Positions 8,878 through 18,734 of a DNA stretch of 64,000 bases are shown here, piece by piece. The stretch spans positions 2,144,001 through 2,208,000 of the forward strand of contig JBGANV010000001.1 of assembly GCA_044222185.1 (NCBI GenBank), read 5' to 3'. Origin of the DNA: Planctomycetota bacterium (GTDB taxonomy: Bacteria; Planctomycetota; GCA-002687715; CAIWVZ01). The notes beneath the pieces are model-generated. The model worked only from the letters and a program-made list of their open reading frames with translations, made no database searches and was not told the DNA's origin. Numbering within the stretch: the stretch's first letter is position 1; each line of letters starts with the position of its first letter. Made by a program: the position numbers and the translations under genes.

Positions 8878-11391
8878 TCAGCGCAGCGTCGCGCGGCTCG
8901 CTTCGTCCACGGGGCGGAAGTGGTCCAGAACGGGCCTCCAGAGCGTCGCCGCCACCGCCGATGCGGACGCGATCGCCCAACCAAGCCCGTCCAACGGCGC
9001 CACGTGCAGCGCCGCCGCCATCGAGGGGACGTAGAAGACGGCGGGAAGGGTCAGTCCCGCGATCGACCAGGTGACCCAGGCGAGCCAGCGGGCTGCGAGG
9101 AAGGGCACGTCCGTCCCCTTCAACGCGTGACGCTCGATCCACACGGCGAGCTGGCAGCCGAGGAGCACCGTCGCGAAGGCCGTCCCCCGCGCGAGCGCCT
9201 CCCCCGCTGGGAGGCGGGCTCGAAACACCCCGAACGCCGCGGCGGTGACCGCCGCCCCAAGCAGCGCGGCGCGGATGACGGCCGCCCTGGGGAGCAACGG
9301 CGCGTTCGGTGGTCGCGGTCTGCGGCGCATCAGTCCCGCGTCCGGCTTGTCGCCCTGGAAGACGAGCGCCGACACCGGATGGATGATCAGCTCGAGCCAG
9401 ATCAGGTGGATCGGCATCAGCACCAACGGCGACCCGGTGAGTGGAGACAGGAGCGACAGTCCGACGATCGGCACGTGGAATGCGATGACGTAGAGGAACG
9501 CCGCGCGCAAGTTCGAGAAGAGGTGGCGCCCGTCGCGCACTGCGGTGGAAATCGACCCCAGGTCGTCGCCGAGGAGGACGAGGTCCGCCGCGCCGCGCGC
9601 CGTGGCGGTTCCGCGCTTCCCCATGGCGACCCCGACGTCGGCCCGCCGCATGGCCGGCGCGTCGTTGATGCCGTCGCCGGTCATCGCGACGATTTCTCCG
9701 CTGCGGCGCAACGAATCGACGATCGCATGTTTCTGCGCCGGCGTCGTCCGCGCGAAGACGACGGCATGCGAGATCGTCGCGTCGAGCGCCGCCCCGCTCA
9801 TCGTCTCCAGCGTCGCACCACTGACGACGGTGCTGGGATCGGTCGTCAGGCCCGCAGCCTCGGCGATGGCATAGGCCGTCAGCGCGTGATCACCCGTGAT
9901 CATCTTGACGGTGATCCCGGCACCGTGCAGCTCGGCGGCCGCGGCCTTCGCCTCCGGGCGGAGCGGATCCTGGAACCCCAGGAGGCCGAGGAATCGAAGA
10001 CCGCTCTCGTGCGACTCGCGGTCTCCCTCGGCGGTCGGAAGGTCCCTGGCCGCAACGCCGAGGACGCGCATTCCCCCGCCTGCGAGCCCCGCGTTGGCCT
10101 CGTCGGCGCCCCTCCGCGTCGCCTCGTCGACGGCACAGTGAGCGAGGATTCCCTCGAGCGCGCCCTTTGCCGCGATGCGCGCTGCGCCCGCACCTGGTGC
10201 ACCCCAGACGTGCGACATGTGCTTGCCGACCGGGTCGAAGTCGTAGTCCAAGAGCAGCTGCCAGCCAGGCCCGGGCGCGGCCTCCCTGGCCCCGTGCTCA
10301 GCGGCAAACGCGACGATGGCCTTCTCCATGGCATCCGCGGGACTCAGCTCGCACGCCGCGAGTGCGGCGTCGAGAAGCGCGCGCTCGGTCACACCGGCGG
10401 CGGGGACGCACTCCTTCAGGTCGAACCTCCCCCACGTCAACGTTCCCGTCTTGTCCGTGCAGATCACCGTGACGGAGCCCAACGTCTCGACGGCTGCAAG
10501 GCGTCGCACGAGGATCCCGTGCCGCGACAGCCCCCAGGCGCCCATGGTCAGGAACAGCGTGAAGACGATGGCGAACTCCTCGGGGATGGCTGCCATCGCG
10601 AGGCTGATGGACCCGAGCAGCGCGGTCGTCCAATTCTGGCCGCCGAACCACGAGATCAGGAACACGATCACGGCTACGGCGGTGGCGACGACCGAAAGGC
10701 GTCTGACCAGACGGCCGGTCTTTCGCTGAAGCGGAGTCGGAGCCGCATCCACCTGCGAAAGCAGCGACGCCACGGCGCCAAAGCGGGTCTCGCGCCCCGT
10801 CGCCACCACTTCGCCGAGCCCCTGTCCCGAGGACATGGTCGAGCCCGCGAAGAACCGCGCGTCCTCGGGAGCGACCTCCGGCGCGCCAGAAAATGCTTGC
10901 TTGGTGACGGGGGCGGATTCGCCGGTGAGCGGCGACTCGTCCGCCGAGAGGTTGGCGGCCGTGCGAATCACTCCGTCGGCATGAAGGGCGAGACCTTCGC
11001 GCAGGACCAGGACGTCGCCGGGCACGATGTCCCGCGGCGCGACGGTCTGCTCGACTCCGTCGCGAACGACGACCGCCAGGGGAGCCGTCGCCTCCGCAAG
11101 TCTCTTCAACGCGGATCGCGATCGCGCCTCGAGAATGACGTCCACCCCGAGCACGGGGACGAGGGCCGCGAGCATGAGCCAGCCATCCCGAGTCTCGCCC
11201 ACGATGAAGTACACCGTTGCGACGGCCGCGAGCATCACGGCCATCGGGTCGGCGAGCAATCGCAACGAATCGCGAAGCCAGCCGAGGCGTTCACGCTCCA
11301 CGAGTTCGTTCGCGCCATGCGCACGCAGACGCGCCCGGGCCTCGGCCGCGGAGAGTCCGGCCAGCGGCGCCCTGCCCGCCGGATCCCTCAT
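8878..11391 (-). CDS. Cation-transporting P-type ATPase (type II-like)
   Basis: TGES, PEEF (TM4), DKTGTLT, KGA, MITGD and GDGINDAP motifs. Start overlaps the upstream gene stop (ATGA). Confidence 0.92.
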   Translation of the reverse strand: MRDPAGRAPLAGLSAAEARARLRAHGANELVERERLGWLRDSLRLLADPMAVMLAAVATVYFIVGETRDGWLMLAALVPVLGVDVILEARSRSALKRLAEATAPLAVVVRDGVEQTVAPRDIVPGDVLVLREGLALHADGVIRTAANLSADESPLTGESAPVTKQAFSGAPEVAPEDARFFAGSTMSSGQGLGEVVATGRETRFGAVASLLSQVDAAPTPLQRKTGRLVRRLSVVATAVAVIVFLISWFGGQNWTTALLGSISLAMAAIPEEFAIVFTLFLTMGAWGLSRHGILVRRLAAVETLGSVTVICTDKTGTLTWGRFDLKECVPAAGVTERALLDAALAACELSPADAMEKAIVAFAAEHGAREAAPGPGWQLLLDYDFDPVGKHMSHVWGAPGAGAARIAAKGALEGILAHCAVDEATRRGADEANAGLAGGGMRVLGVAARDLPTAEGDRESHESGLRFLGLLGFQDPLRPEAKAAAAELHGAGITVKMITGDHALTAYAIAEAAGLTTDPSTVVSGATLETMSGAALDATISHAVVFARTTPAQKHAIVDSLRRSGEIVAMTGDGINDAPAMRRADVGVAMGKRGTATARGAADLVLLGDDLGSISTAVRDGRHLFSNLRAAFLYVIAFHVPIVGLSLLSPLTGSPLVLMPIHLIWLELIIHPVSALVFQGDKPDAGLMRRRPRPPNAPLLPRAAVIRAALLGAAVTAAAFGVFRARLPAGEALARGTAFATVLLGCQLAVWIERHALKGTDVPFLAARWLAWVTWSIAGLTLPAVFYVPSMAAALHVAPLDGLGWAIASASAVAATLWRPVLDHFRPVDEASRATLR

Positions 11392-12710
11392 TTGGATGCC
11401 ACATCGGCGCCGGAGAGGGCGAACGCCTCGTGGAGATCCCGCAGGATGTCCTCCGGCGGTTCCAAGCCGATCGAGAGTCGCACGAGCCCAGGCTCGATCC
11501 CGGCCTCCAACTGCCGTTCGACCGGAATCGGCGCGTGCGTCATCGACGATGGGTGCTCGATGAGCGTGCGAATCTGACCGAGGGAAACGGCGAGCGTGAT
11601 CGAGAGCGAGTTGTCGGCGAGGAAATTCATGGCCGCGCGCGCCTTCCGCTGAGCGGCCTCCGGCGCTCCGCGAACGACGAACGAGATCACGATCCCCGGG
11701 GCGAAGTTGCCATCGGGATCGCGCATCTGCCGCCTGGCGACCTCGTACTCCGGGTGACTCTCGAGCCCCGGGTAGATCACACGCTCGACGAAGGCATGTC
11801 GTTGGAGGTCGCGTGCGACGATCATCGCCGTTTCCATCTGGCGACGCGAACGGACCGCGAGCGTCGGCAGCCCGTGAACGAGCGGCGGCCACGCCGACTT
11901 CGGTGCCAACGGTGCCCCGAAGTCCTTGCGGAACAGAAGCAGGTCCGGCTCGAGCAATCGCGGACCGACCACGACTCCGCCCATGTCCGTGCCGAATCCA
12001 CCGATGTTCTTCGTGAGCGAGTGGCAGACGAGGTCGACCCCGAACTCGATGGGGCGCTGACAGAACGGAGTGGCGAACGTGTTGTCGACGACGATGAACA
12101 CCTTGCGCCGCTTTCCCCGCTTCGCGTTGACGTCGTCGACGAGACGCCGGAGCGCCGCGAGGTCCACGATCTCCAGCGTCGGATTGGCGGGTGTCTCCAG
12201 GTAGACGGCCATCACGTCGTCCGTGATCGCGTTTCGGAGCGCCGCCAGGTCCCGGAAGTCGAGCATGGCGGATTCGACGCCGAACCGGGGGAGCCAGTTG
12301 GTCAGCAGCGACCACGTGCAGCCGTAGAGCGACCGATGCGCGAGGATCCGATCGCCGGAGCGGACGAGAACGCCGAGGGCAGCGCTGATCGCGGCCATTC
12401 CGGTGGAGAAGCACACGCCGCACTCGGCACCCTCGGCGTGGGCGAGCGCCTCCTCCAGCATGGAGCGCGTCGGTTCATCCAGGCGGTCGTAGATGTAGAT
12501 CGGTGGATGCTCCTCGCGGTTGAACTCGGGGTTCGCGAACTCGAGGAACCCCGTCGCGCCTCGCTCGGCGCTCTCGAGCCGGTATGCCGCGGACGAGGAG
12601 ATCGGCGGCACGATGTGGTCGCGATAATCCCAGTGCACGCTGTGGAACGTGCCATGGATCATGCGGGTCTCGGGGTGGTAGACGCGTTTGGGATCCTTGG
12701 CGGAAGTCAT
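11388..12710 (-). CDS. PLP-dependent trans-sulfuration enzyme (methionine gamma-lyase / cystathionine gamma-synthase family)
   Basis: YDRLDEPT, STGMAAI, ETPANPT, DNTFATP, SLTK (PLP Lys), VSLG and LVRLSIGLE. Confidence 0.9.
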   Translation of the reverse strand: MTSAKDPKRVYHPETRMIHGTFHSVHWDYRDHIVPPISSSAAYRLESAERGATGFLEFANPEFNREEHPPIYIYDRLDEPTRSMLEEALAHAEGAECGVCFSTGMAAISAALGVLVRSGDRILAHRSLYGCTWSLLTNWLPRFGVESAMLDFRDLAALRNAITDDVMAVYLETPANPTLEIVDLAALRRLVDDVNAKRGKRRKVFIVVDNTFATPFCQRPIEFGVDLVCHSLTKNIGGFGTDMGGVVVGPRLLEPDLLLFRKDFGAPLAPKSAWPPLVHGLPTLAVRSRRQMETAMIVARDLQRHAFVERVIYPGLESHPEYEVARRQMRDPDGNFAPGIVISFVVRGAPEAAQRKARAAMNFLADNSLSITLAVSLGQIRTLIEHPSSMTHAPIPVERQLEAGIEPGLVRLSIGLEPPEDILRDLHEAFALSGADVASK

Positions 12711-12891
12711 GTGATCCTCGATGCGGCGCGACGGCCGCCGATCGAATCTGACGCCGATAAACCCGTGCGCAAGGAGCGGCCGGGCCCGAAGGCCCCCCCA
12801 AGTCCGTAGACCGCGCCTCAGCCGTTCGGCGGAGCCCTCGACGTCGCGCGGTCTCGACGATCGACGCCGATGGATCGTGTGCGGCCCCACC

Positions 12892-13717
12892 ATGCTCGAT
12901 GAGCCGGACACGCCACGCTTTTCGATCGCGCGCTGGATCGACTACCCACGCGCGTTCATGCACACCGGGCTCGGGTTCTTCCTGTCCGCTTTCGTGGCCG
13001 TCGCCGCGGTCGTTGGAGTCGTTCGCTGGGGCCGCGCAAGACCCGTCCCCAGCGCTCATCGAGGGGGCCCTTCGAACCCCGGATGGCTGCTCGCCGCGGA
13101 TGCGATCGTCGCCGACACCCTGACGCCGATCGGACAGGTCGCGGGCCACAGCCAGTACGTGATGAACCTCGTGCCCGGCGCCGCCATCCTCGCGGCAGCC
13201 GCCGTTCGGTGGCCCGCGCGACACGCCGTCAGGATCGAACTTCGAATCGGGCTCGGCGTGATCGCCGTGTGGAACGTGACGGTCGCGACGCGTCCGTTCG
13301 ACCACGATCTCGCCACGACGGAATGGAACGGCATCGAATTGGTCCCTGGCGTCGACCACTACATCACCACCCGGGCCCGCGAATGGCGCCTTCCGGCGTC
13401 CTCGGACTGCGAAGACGGGCACGTCCGTGAGATCGTCGACACGATCGCGCGTGCTCCTGCCGAGCCCGGGCCGATGGTCCGCGCGCCGCATCCCTACGTT
13501 TCCGACGCTGGCGCTCAAGGCGGATCGAATGAAACGGACGTCGGCATCGGCTCCGTCGGCGGCGGAATCGGACGACTGCATCGCCGACGCGTACCACTTC
13601 TCGGCGGACCAGATCCTCGGCGCCCTGCGGCGCGTCGGCGGAAGCCCATCCATCCTGCTCGACCGACCGGTGACGCCTCGCTTTCGGATCCTCGTGATCC
13701 GGACCGGCGCGAGGTGA
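12892..13717 (+). pseudogene. Possible frameshifted membrane-protein remnant
   Basis: Hydrophobic TM-like segments in the frame starting at 12892 lose protein-like character near 13500. A plausible continuation lies in another frame ending at 13717. Confidence 0.3.
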
Positions 13718-13809
13718 GGTGGCAGAGCCGCGCGGCCCTCGGCGTCAGAGGAGTCAGTGCACACCCACCGCGGCGCACCGTCATGCCGCGAGCGCTACAC
13801 CGTCGGCGC

Positions 13810-14979
13810 TCAGTGCCACGCGGACGAAAAGAACGGAAGGATCAGGGAGATCAGGATCAGGATGATGACGATCCACTCGAGCGCCTCCAGGCGACGCGCA
13901 GCCTGCTCATCGGCGGTCTTCTCGTAGAGCCGCTGGAGGATGTCGAGCTTGCGACGGATCGTCTTGTCCCAGTCGTCGAGGTGGAGACGGCGTGCGGCGA
14001 GGCGGTAGAGGCGGCAAAGGAAGTTGTCGCCGAGGAGCTTCAGCGCGTTGTTGACTCCTTCGAAGAGAAGCGCGCTGTCCATTTGGAGGATCGCGAGCCG
14101 CCGGCGTTCCGCTCGGACAGAGGCGCCGGGCGTCACGCGGAACGCATGACGCGCGTCGCCACGGGCGATCGACCGGTAGGCGCGATCCAGCACGGCGTCC
14201 AATCGGTCGTCGAGGAACCGCATCTCCAGGAGCTGAACGTTCGCGAATTCGAGGACGGCGAGGACGTCCGCGGCGCTCGATGGGTCCGACTCGAAGGTGA
14301 TCGTGGCGTTCCAGTCGATCACCGTGAGATCGCGCAGGCCGTAGGCGATCGCACATCCGAGGGCGTCGGCGACCTCGTCCGCCGAGAGTGGCTCCGTCGC
14401 AGCCCGCAGGCTTGCAGCGATCTCGGAGCCGATCGTGTGCACGTCGAGGGCCTGGCACTGGGATCCCTCACCCGGTTCTGCACCGTCCGACGACCAACGC
14501 GCAACGTGAAAGACGCGGTAGTCCTCCACCAGGTCCGTGACGCACGGGCGAACCACCGCGGACCCGAGCTCCGAGACGAACGCGTGCACGCGATGACGAG
14601 CATCGGCGAGCAGGGCCTCGCATTCGAAGACAGCGTCCGCGAAGGTGGCTAGGCCGTCGAGGCGGGCGCCGTCGAGCGTGATGCCATAGGCGATGGAAAT
14701 CGCCCCGAAGTCGTAGAGCGTGAACTGCACGCTGGGGACGGTGCACCACGACTCCGAACCGGCCCCGGGCGCAGAGATCGGAATCGACTCGGCCGCCCGG
14801 GTCGTGCGGACGGGGCTCGGCCGGAACTGGAACGACGAAGCCGTGCCGCGCGTCGTCGACAGCGTCTCCCGCTCGGCCCCGGCGCTCGCACGCAGGGTAC
14901 GCTCGGCGGCGTCCAGGTCGATGGAGACCCCCACGTCGAACGCGTAGTGACTCCAGCAGGTTGCCGACGTCAGCTCCAT
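13810..14979 (-). CDS. RMD1/DUF155-like protein with C-terminal TM helix
   Basis: YAFDVG...IDL N-terminus, LEFANVQLLEMRFLDDRLD, and C-terminal LEWIVIILILIS. Alternative start at 15036. Confidence 0.7.
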   Translation of the reverse strand: MELTSATCWSHYAFDVGVSIDLDAAERTLRASAGAERETLSTTRGTASSFQFRPSPVRTTRAAESIPISAPGAGSESWCTVPSVQFTLYDFGAISIAYGITLDGARLDGLATFADAVFECEALLADARHRVHAFVSELGSAVVRPCVTDLVEDYRVFHVARWSSDGAEPGEGSQCQALDVHTIGSEIAASLRAATEPLSADEVADALGCAIAYGLRDLTVIDWNATITFESDPSSAADVLAVLEFANVQLLEMRFLDDRLDAVLDRAYRSIARGDARHAFRVTPGASVRAERRRLAILQMDSALLFEGVNNALKLLGDNFLCRLYRLAARRLHLDDWDKTIRRKLDILQRLYEKTADEQAARRLEALEWIVIILILISLILPFFSSAWH

Positions 14980-15710
14980 CGGCACCAAGCCGCGTCCACC
15001 CGGGCGTTTCATCAGGCCTTCCGCGCTCGCGTCCATCACGGCATAGGATCGCACCGCCCCGCGGCGAATGGAAATACGAAGCAGCGCCCAGCGACGTCGG
15101 TTGAACCTGGCGTCGACGGTATCGAGATCGCGAACGCCATCCGCGCCGGCATCGTGTGGCCCGTCGCGAGGATGTCGACGGCGAAACCGTCGGGCCCCCC
15201 TGGGCCGAGGCCGGCGAGCAGGCCTGCACGCAGACACGGGTGGAACGAAGCTGCGAGGGGGTTCGGACTGCGCTCGTGCATCGAGGGTCAAGGGACGTGC
15301 GACCGGCCTCGGGTCGACGGCGTTCGGACATCGCCCCGGTCGGCGCGGCTGCCCGGCGTCGGGAACGACGCCGTGAGGCCACCGGATCGATGGACGGCGA
15401 CCGAGGTGCGCGGGCCGAGTTCCCAGCCGAATCGGGAAACGTCCCCCCAGGGCTCGTGCCCATTCGCGTTGCCGTCGTGAGCAGGATGCACGCGGCGACG
15501 GCCACCCGCGCAACCGCTGCCGTTGCGCCATGCGAGGTCACGCCGCGCGCTGACGTGGATCGCGCCTCGGGCGAGCCGCGGTCGTTCGCGACGACTCTCG
15601 GAGGCTACACACGAGGGATTCGATCGCCCGGGGGCGAGTCGTGCTCGGGCGCTCGACGCGGTCGTCGGGTCCGTTTGGACGGGCCGGGCGCTCGCCTTGG
15701 GGCTCAGGCA

Positions 15711-15745
15711 GAAAAAAACCCCTCGCGGTTCACGCAGGGGGTTTC
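15711..15745 (-). terminator. Rho-independent terminator downstream of tRNA-Ala
   Basis: Minus strand has a GC hairpin AAACCCC...GGGGTTT running into a U-tract, starting about 8 nt after the tRNA 3' end. Confidence 0.8.
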
Positions 15746-15752
15746 GGTCCGA

Positions 15753-15825
15753 TGGAGCTGATGGGGGTCGAACCCACGACCTCTTCGTTGCGAACGAAGC
15801 GCTCTCCCAATTGAGCTACAGCCCC
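15753..15825 (-). tRNA. tRNA-Ala (anticodon CGC), CCA not encoded
   Basis: GGGGCTGTAGCTCAATTGGGAGAGCG CTTCG-TTCGCAA-CGAAG AGGTC GTGGGTTCGACCCCCAT CAGCTCCA. The G3:U70 alanine identity pair is present. Confidence 0.97.
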
Positions 15826-15945
15826 AGGAAGGAGCCGGATGCTATGGGGCCGCGATCGACCCTTCAAGGATGACCACGCGCCCGATGGCCGGGGAGTCGA
15901 CGAACGAGGAGGTGTCCGACGACCGGGCGCGTGATCCCTGATGAT

Positions 15946-17355
15946 TCAGAAGTCGAGCTGCGTGTAGAAATTCAGCCGGACCGCGTTCCCGAGGGCGACG
16001 TCCTTGTACTGAGTCTCCCAGTAGATCGCGTCGAGGCCGAGCTTCAGCCCGCCGCCGGCGTCGTAACGCGTGCCCAGGTACATCGACCAGTTCAGGTCGG
16101 CGTTCCCCGTGGAGAGATCGTTGGCGTCCGGGTTGTCGACCGTTCCACCGACGACCACGGTGAAGCTGTCGGTGAGCGCGCATTGGAGCTCGCCCCAGCC
16201 GCCGATGGCTGCGATCTCATCACCGAGGGCCGTGTTGATCGCCTGGCCGATCCCGCCGCGGAAGTCGCCGAGCGCCTTCCCGATCCAGAACTCGCCCTTC
16301 GCGGTGATGGGTCCGAACAACGGCAGGGTCGCGTCCAGACCGCCGAGCCATGACGTGAACGAGTCCTGGCCCTGGAACTTCGTGTCGGTTTCGAGGCCGG
16401 CGAGTGCCCCCCACACCCCGACGGTCGCGGTCTTGCCCTCGACCCAGGACTTGAACGTCACGCCCGCGCGCGTTTGTCCATGCGGATGCCCTGCGTCGAA
16501 ACCGTCGCGCTCGGTCGTCGACAGCAGCGGCGGTGCGCCGGTCGTATCGAGGTCCTGATTGTTGATCGCGCCGGTGAGGCCCGCGGACAGGACCCACTGG
16601 AACGCGAATTCCTTGGGATCGCCACTGTCGTAGCGGAGCTCGATCTGCGGGCGGCGGTCGCCAAGGTTACCGGCGTTCCACATCAGCAATTCGGCGTTCA
16701 CCCAGGGGAAGATCGGCGAGATGACGTCCCAGTCCTGGCCCATGCGCACGGCGAGCGCCCCGAAATCGATGTCGATGTAGGCCAGGCGGATGCGCGGCGT
16801 CTCGCGTGACTCGGCGATGCCCGCCGGGAAGTTCGCGAAGTCCGTCTCCAACTTGCCCATGACGTCCGCGCTCCCGATCTTGCCGGCGTTGACGTCGAAT
16901 CCGAAACGCGTGAGGCGCGCGTCGAGCGCGAATTGATCGTCGTTGTCGCGCGCGGCAACGCCGTTCTCCGGCTGTACCTTCGACGGAACGATCACGCTGT
17001 CGAAGCGGGCCGAGTTGTAATACGCGTCGAGTCGGATGAACCCGTAGAACTTCAGGGGATTACCCGAGCGAACGAGGTTCTTCCACGTCACGCCTTCCTG
17101 GAGGGATGACGATACGCGATTGACCTGCGTCTCGAGCGTCGCGTCGTACACGGCCGAGTTGTCCTCGTGAAGGCGCGACACCTCCGCTTCGAGGGCCGCG
17201 TTGCGCGATTCCGCGGACTGCAATCGATCGAGGATCGCCCGGTTCTGCTCCTCGAGCTGGCGGATTCGCTCCTCATGACTCTGCGGGGTGGTCGTCTGCG
17301 CCGTCAGGAGCGTCGAGACCAGGGAGACCACTACGAATGTCCAACGAGCACGCAT
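15946..17355 (-). CDS. DcaP-like outer-membrane porin with N-terminal coiled coil
   Basis: Signal peptide, coiled coil (EERIRQLEEQNR), KFYGFIRLD, TRFGF, KLETDF, PRIRLAY, RRPQI, and C-terminal Phe. Confidence 0.78.
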   Translation of the reverse strand: MRARWTFVVVSLVSTLLTAQTTTPQSHEERIRQLEEQNRAILDRLQSAESRNAALEAEVSRLHEDNSAVYDATLETQVNRVSSSLQEGVTWKNLVRSGNPLKFYGFIRLDAYYNSARFDSVIVPSKVQPENGVAARDNDDQFALDARLTRFGFDVNAGKIGSADVMGKLETDFANFPAGIAESRETPRIRLAYIDIDFGALAVRMGQDWDVISPIFPWVNAELLMWNAGNLGDRRPQIELRYDSGDPKEFAFQWVLSAGLTGAINNQDLDTTGAPPLLSTTERDGFDAGHPHGQTRAGVTFKSWVEGKTATVGVWGALAGLETDTKFQGQDSFTSWLGGLDATLPLFGPITAKGEFWIGKALGDFRGGIGQAINTALGDEIAAIGGWGELQCALTDSFTVVVGGTVDNPDANDLSTGNADLNWSMYLGTRYDAGGGLKLGLDAIYWETQYKDVALGNAVRLNFYTQLDF

Positions 17356-17417
17356 CACGGAAACTCCTTCTCCAGAAAGTGCGGCGGGCGATCGAACGGT
17401 GCTGGGCGTCGCGACAC

Positions 17418-18473
17418 TCAGAGGTCGCGGTACTTGAAGTCGTGCTTCTCGGCGAGCGGTTTCCCGTCCGCCTCGACGAGTGGGTAGATGAAGAAGTTCT
17501 GGCGGCCGGACGCGGGCGCCGGAACGAGGTCGAGGTCGCGCCCCTTGGTGAACGCCACGCGGTCCTCGGTGAGCGCACCGAAGTAGTACTGGGCGAGTTC
17601 GGGGTGCTTGTCGGCCTCCGAGATGTCGACGGGGACCCATCCCATCTCCGGAACGAAGAACTCGGCCCAGCAGTGGTAACCGCCGATGGCGCCGGCGCCG
17701 CGCTCGGGCGGGAGCGGGATTCCCATGTGGAATCGCGCCGGCACGCCGCGGGCACGGGCGAAGCTCATGAACATGCTGTGGAAGTCGGTGCAGTTTCCGT
17801 AGCCGTTGTCGCAGGCCCAAAGCGTGTCGCCACGCCCCCAGCCGGTGCCCGTCTTCTTGTATTCCATGCGACCGAGGACGCAGTCGTAGAGGCTCCGCGC
17901 GACGTTCACGGAGTTCTTCTCGTCCTTGGCGACGGCCCCGGCGAGTTCCTCGACGCGACCCGTCGTCGGCACGAGGGAGTCGGCCTGCAGGTATTCCGCC
18001 ATCTGCTGGCGCTGCTCGGGCGTGAGGGGCTTCGTGCCCGCGCCGCGGAAGTAGTTGTTCACCTGCTCACGGCGGTTCACGACGTGCGTCGCCGTGAGGG
18101 TCACGCTCGCCGGAGGATTGGGGATCGTCACGAACCAGAAGTGGTTCTCCCCCTTCTTGTCCGTTCCCTCGGTGACCATGGCGCCGGACACCGGAGCGAG
18201 CGTGGACTGGATCACCTCCTGCTGGCCATCGACGGTCACCGGCCGCGGCATCCAGACGCGGAGTTCCTTCGTCCCGGCGGGGATGTCCGCGATCGTCGAT
18301 GCGTACGTCAACTCGAACTTGCGTGAACGCGCCGCCGACCACCCGCTGGCCGACGCCGCGGATTGTGGTGCAGCCTGCGCGGACGAGGCGACTGCGAGCT
18401 CAGACTGGGTCGAGGTGTTGGAACACGCTACGAGGGCAACACCGACGAGCGTGATGAGGGAACGCCGAGGCAT
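17418..18473 (-). CDS. Transglutaminase-like domain lipoprotein
   Basis: Lipobox LVAC. Catalytic triad GNCTDFH / HCWAEF / WVPVD. AGGAG RBS. Confidence 0.88.
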   Translation of the reverse strand: MPRRSLITLVGVALVACSNTSTQSELAVASSAQAAPQSAASASGWSAARSRKFELTYASTIADIPAGTKELRVWMPRPVTVDGQQEVIQSTLAPVSGAMVTEGTDKKGENHFWFVTIPNPPASVTLTATHVVNRREQVNNYFRGAGTKPLTPEQRQQMAEYLQADSLVPTTGRVEELAGAVAKDEKNSVNVARSLYDCVLGRMEYKKTGTGWGRGDTLWACDNGYGNCTDFHSMFMSFARARGVPARFHMGIPLPPERGAGAIGGYHCWAEFFVPEMGWVPVDISEADKHPELAQYYFGALTEDRVAFTKGRDLDLVPAPASGRQNFFIYPLVEADGKPLAEKHDFKYRDL

Positions 18474-18626
18474 CGAGCTTCTCCTGGGCGGCTCGTGCGA
18501 CGACGGGGGTATGGCCTTCTGGGCCTCTCAGGATCCGGACCGGACCCACCCGCCGGGCGCAAGCCGGCGGGCCATTCAGGTCGGGTGAAGTGGGCGGGTC
18601 ATGTTCATCGGGATCCGAAGGCGCAC

Positions 18627-18665
18627 AGGTTAGGGGCGAGGTATCGCTCCAGTCAAGAGGGAGCG
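18627..18665 (-). promoter_or_regulatory. Sigma70-type promoter with inverted repeat around -35
   Basis: Minus strand TTGACT (18651-18656) N18 TAACCT (18627-18632). A CGCTCC...GGAGCG inverted repeat flanks the -35. Confidence 0.5.
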
Positions 18666-18734
18666 TCCCGATTGCCCGATCACCCGTCGGACGGTGTCTT
18701 CGGATGCTCGGGGGCCTCGGCCGCCGACATGCCC

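Noticed and set aside
8746-11577. Long Arg-rich or antisense ORFs (e.g. 8746-11577, 24008-27145, 29044-30978, 46056-48083)
   Set aside because: They are shadow frames of well-supported opposite-strand genes, expected in high-GC DNA.
15753-15825. Prophage or integrative element at tRNA-Ala
   Set aside because: I saw no integrase, phage genes or repeated att core in the window.
18576-18608. Sec-decoding uORF (UGA + hairpin)
   Set aside because: The hairpin starts only about 5 nt after the UGA, the loop lacks a leading G and there is no RBS. Kept only as a possible leader feature.
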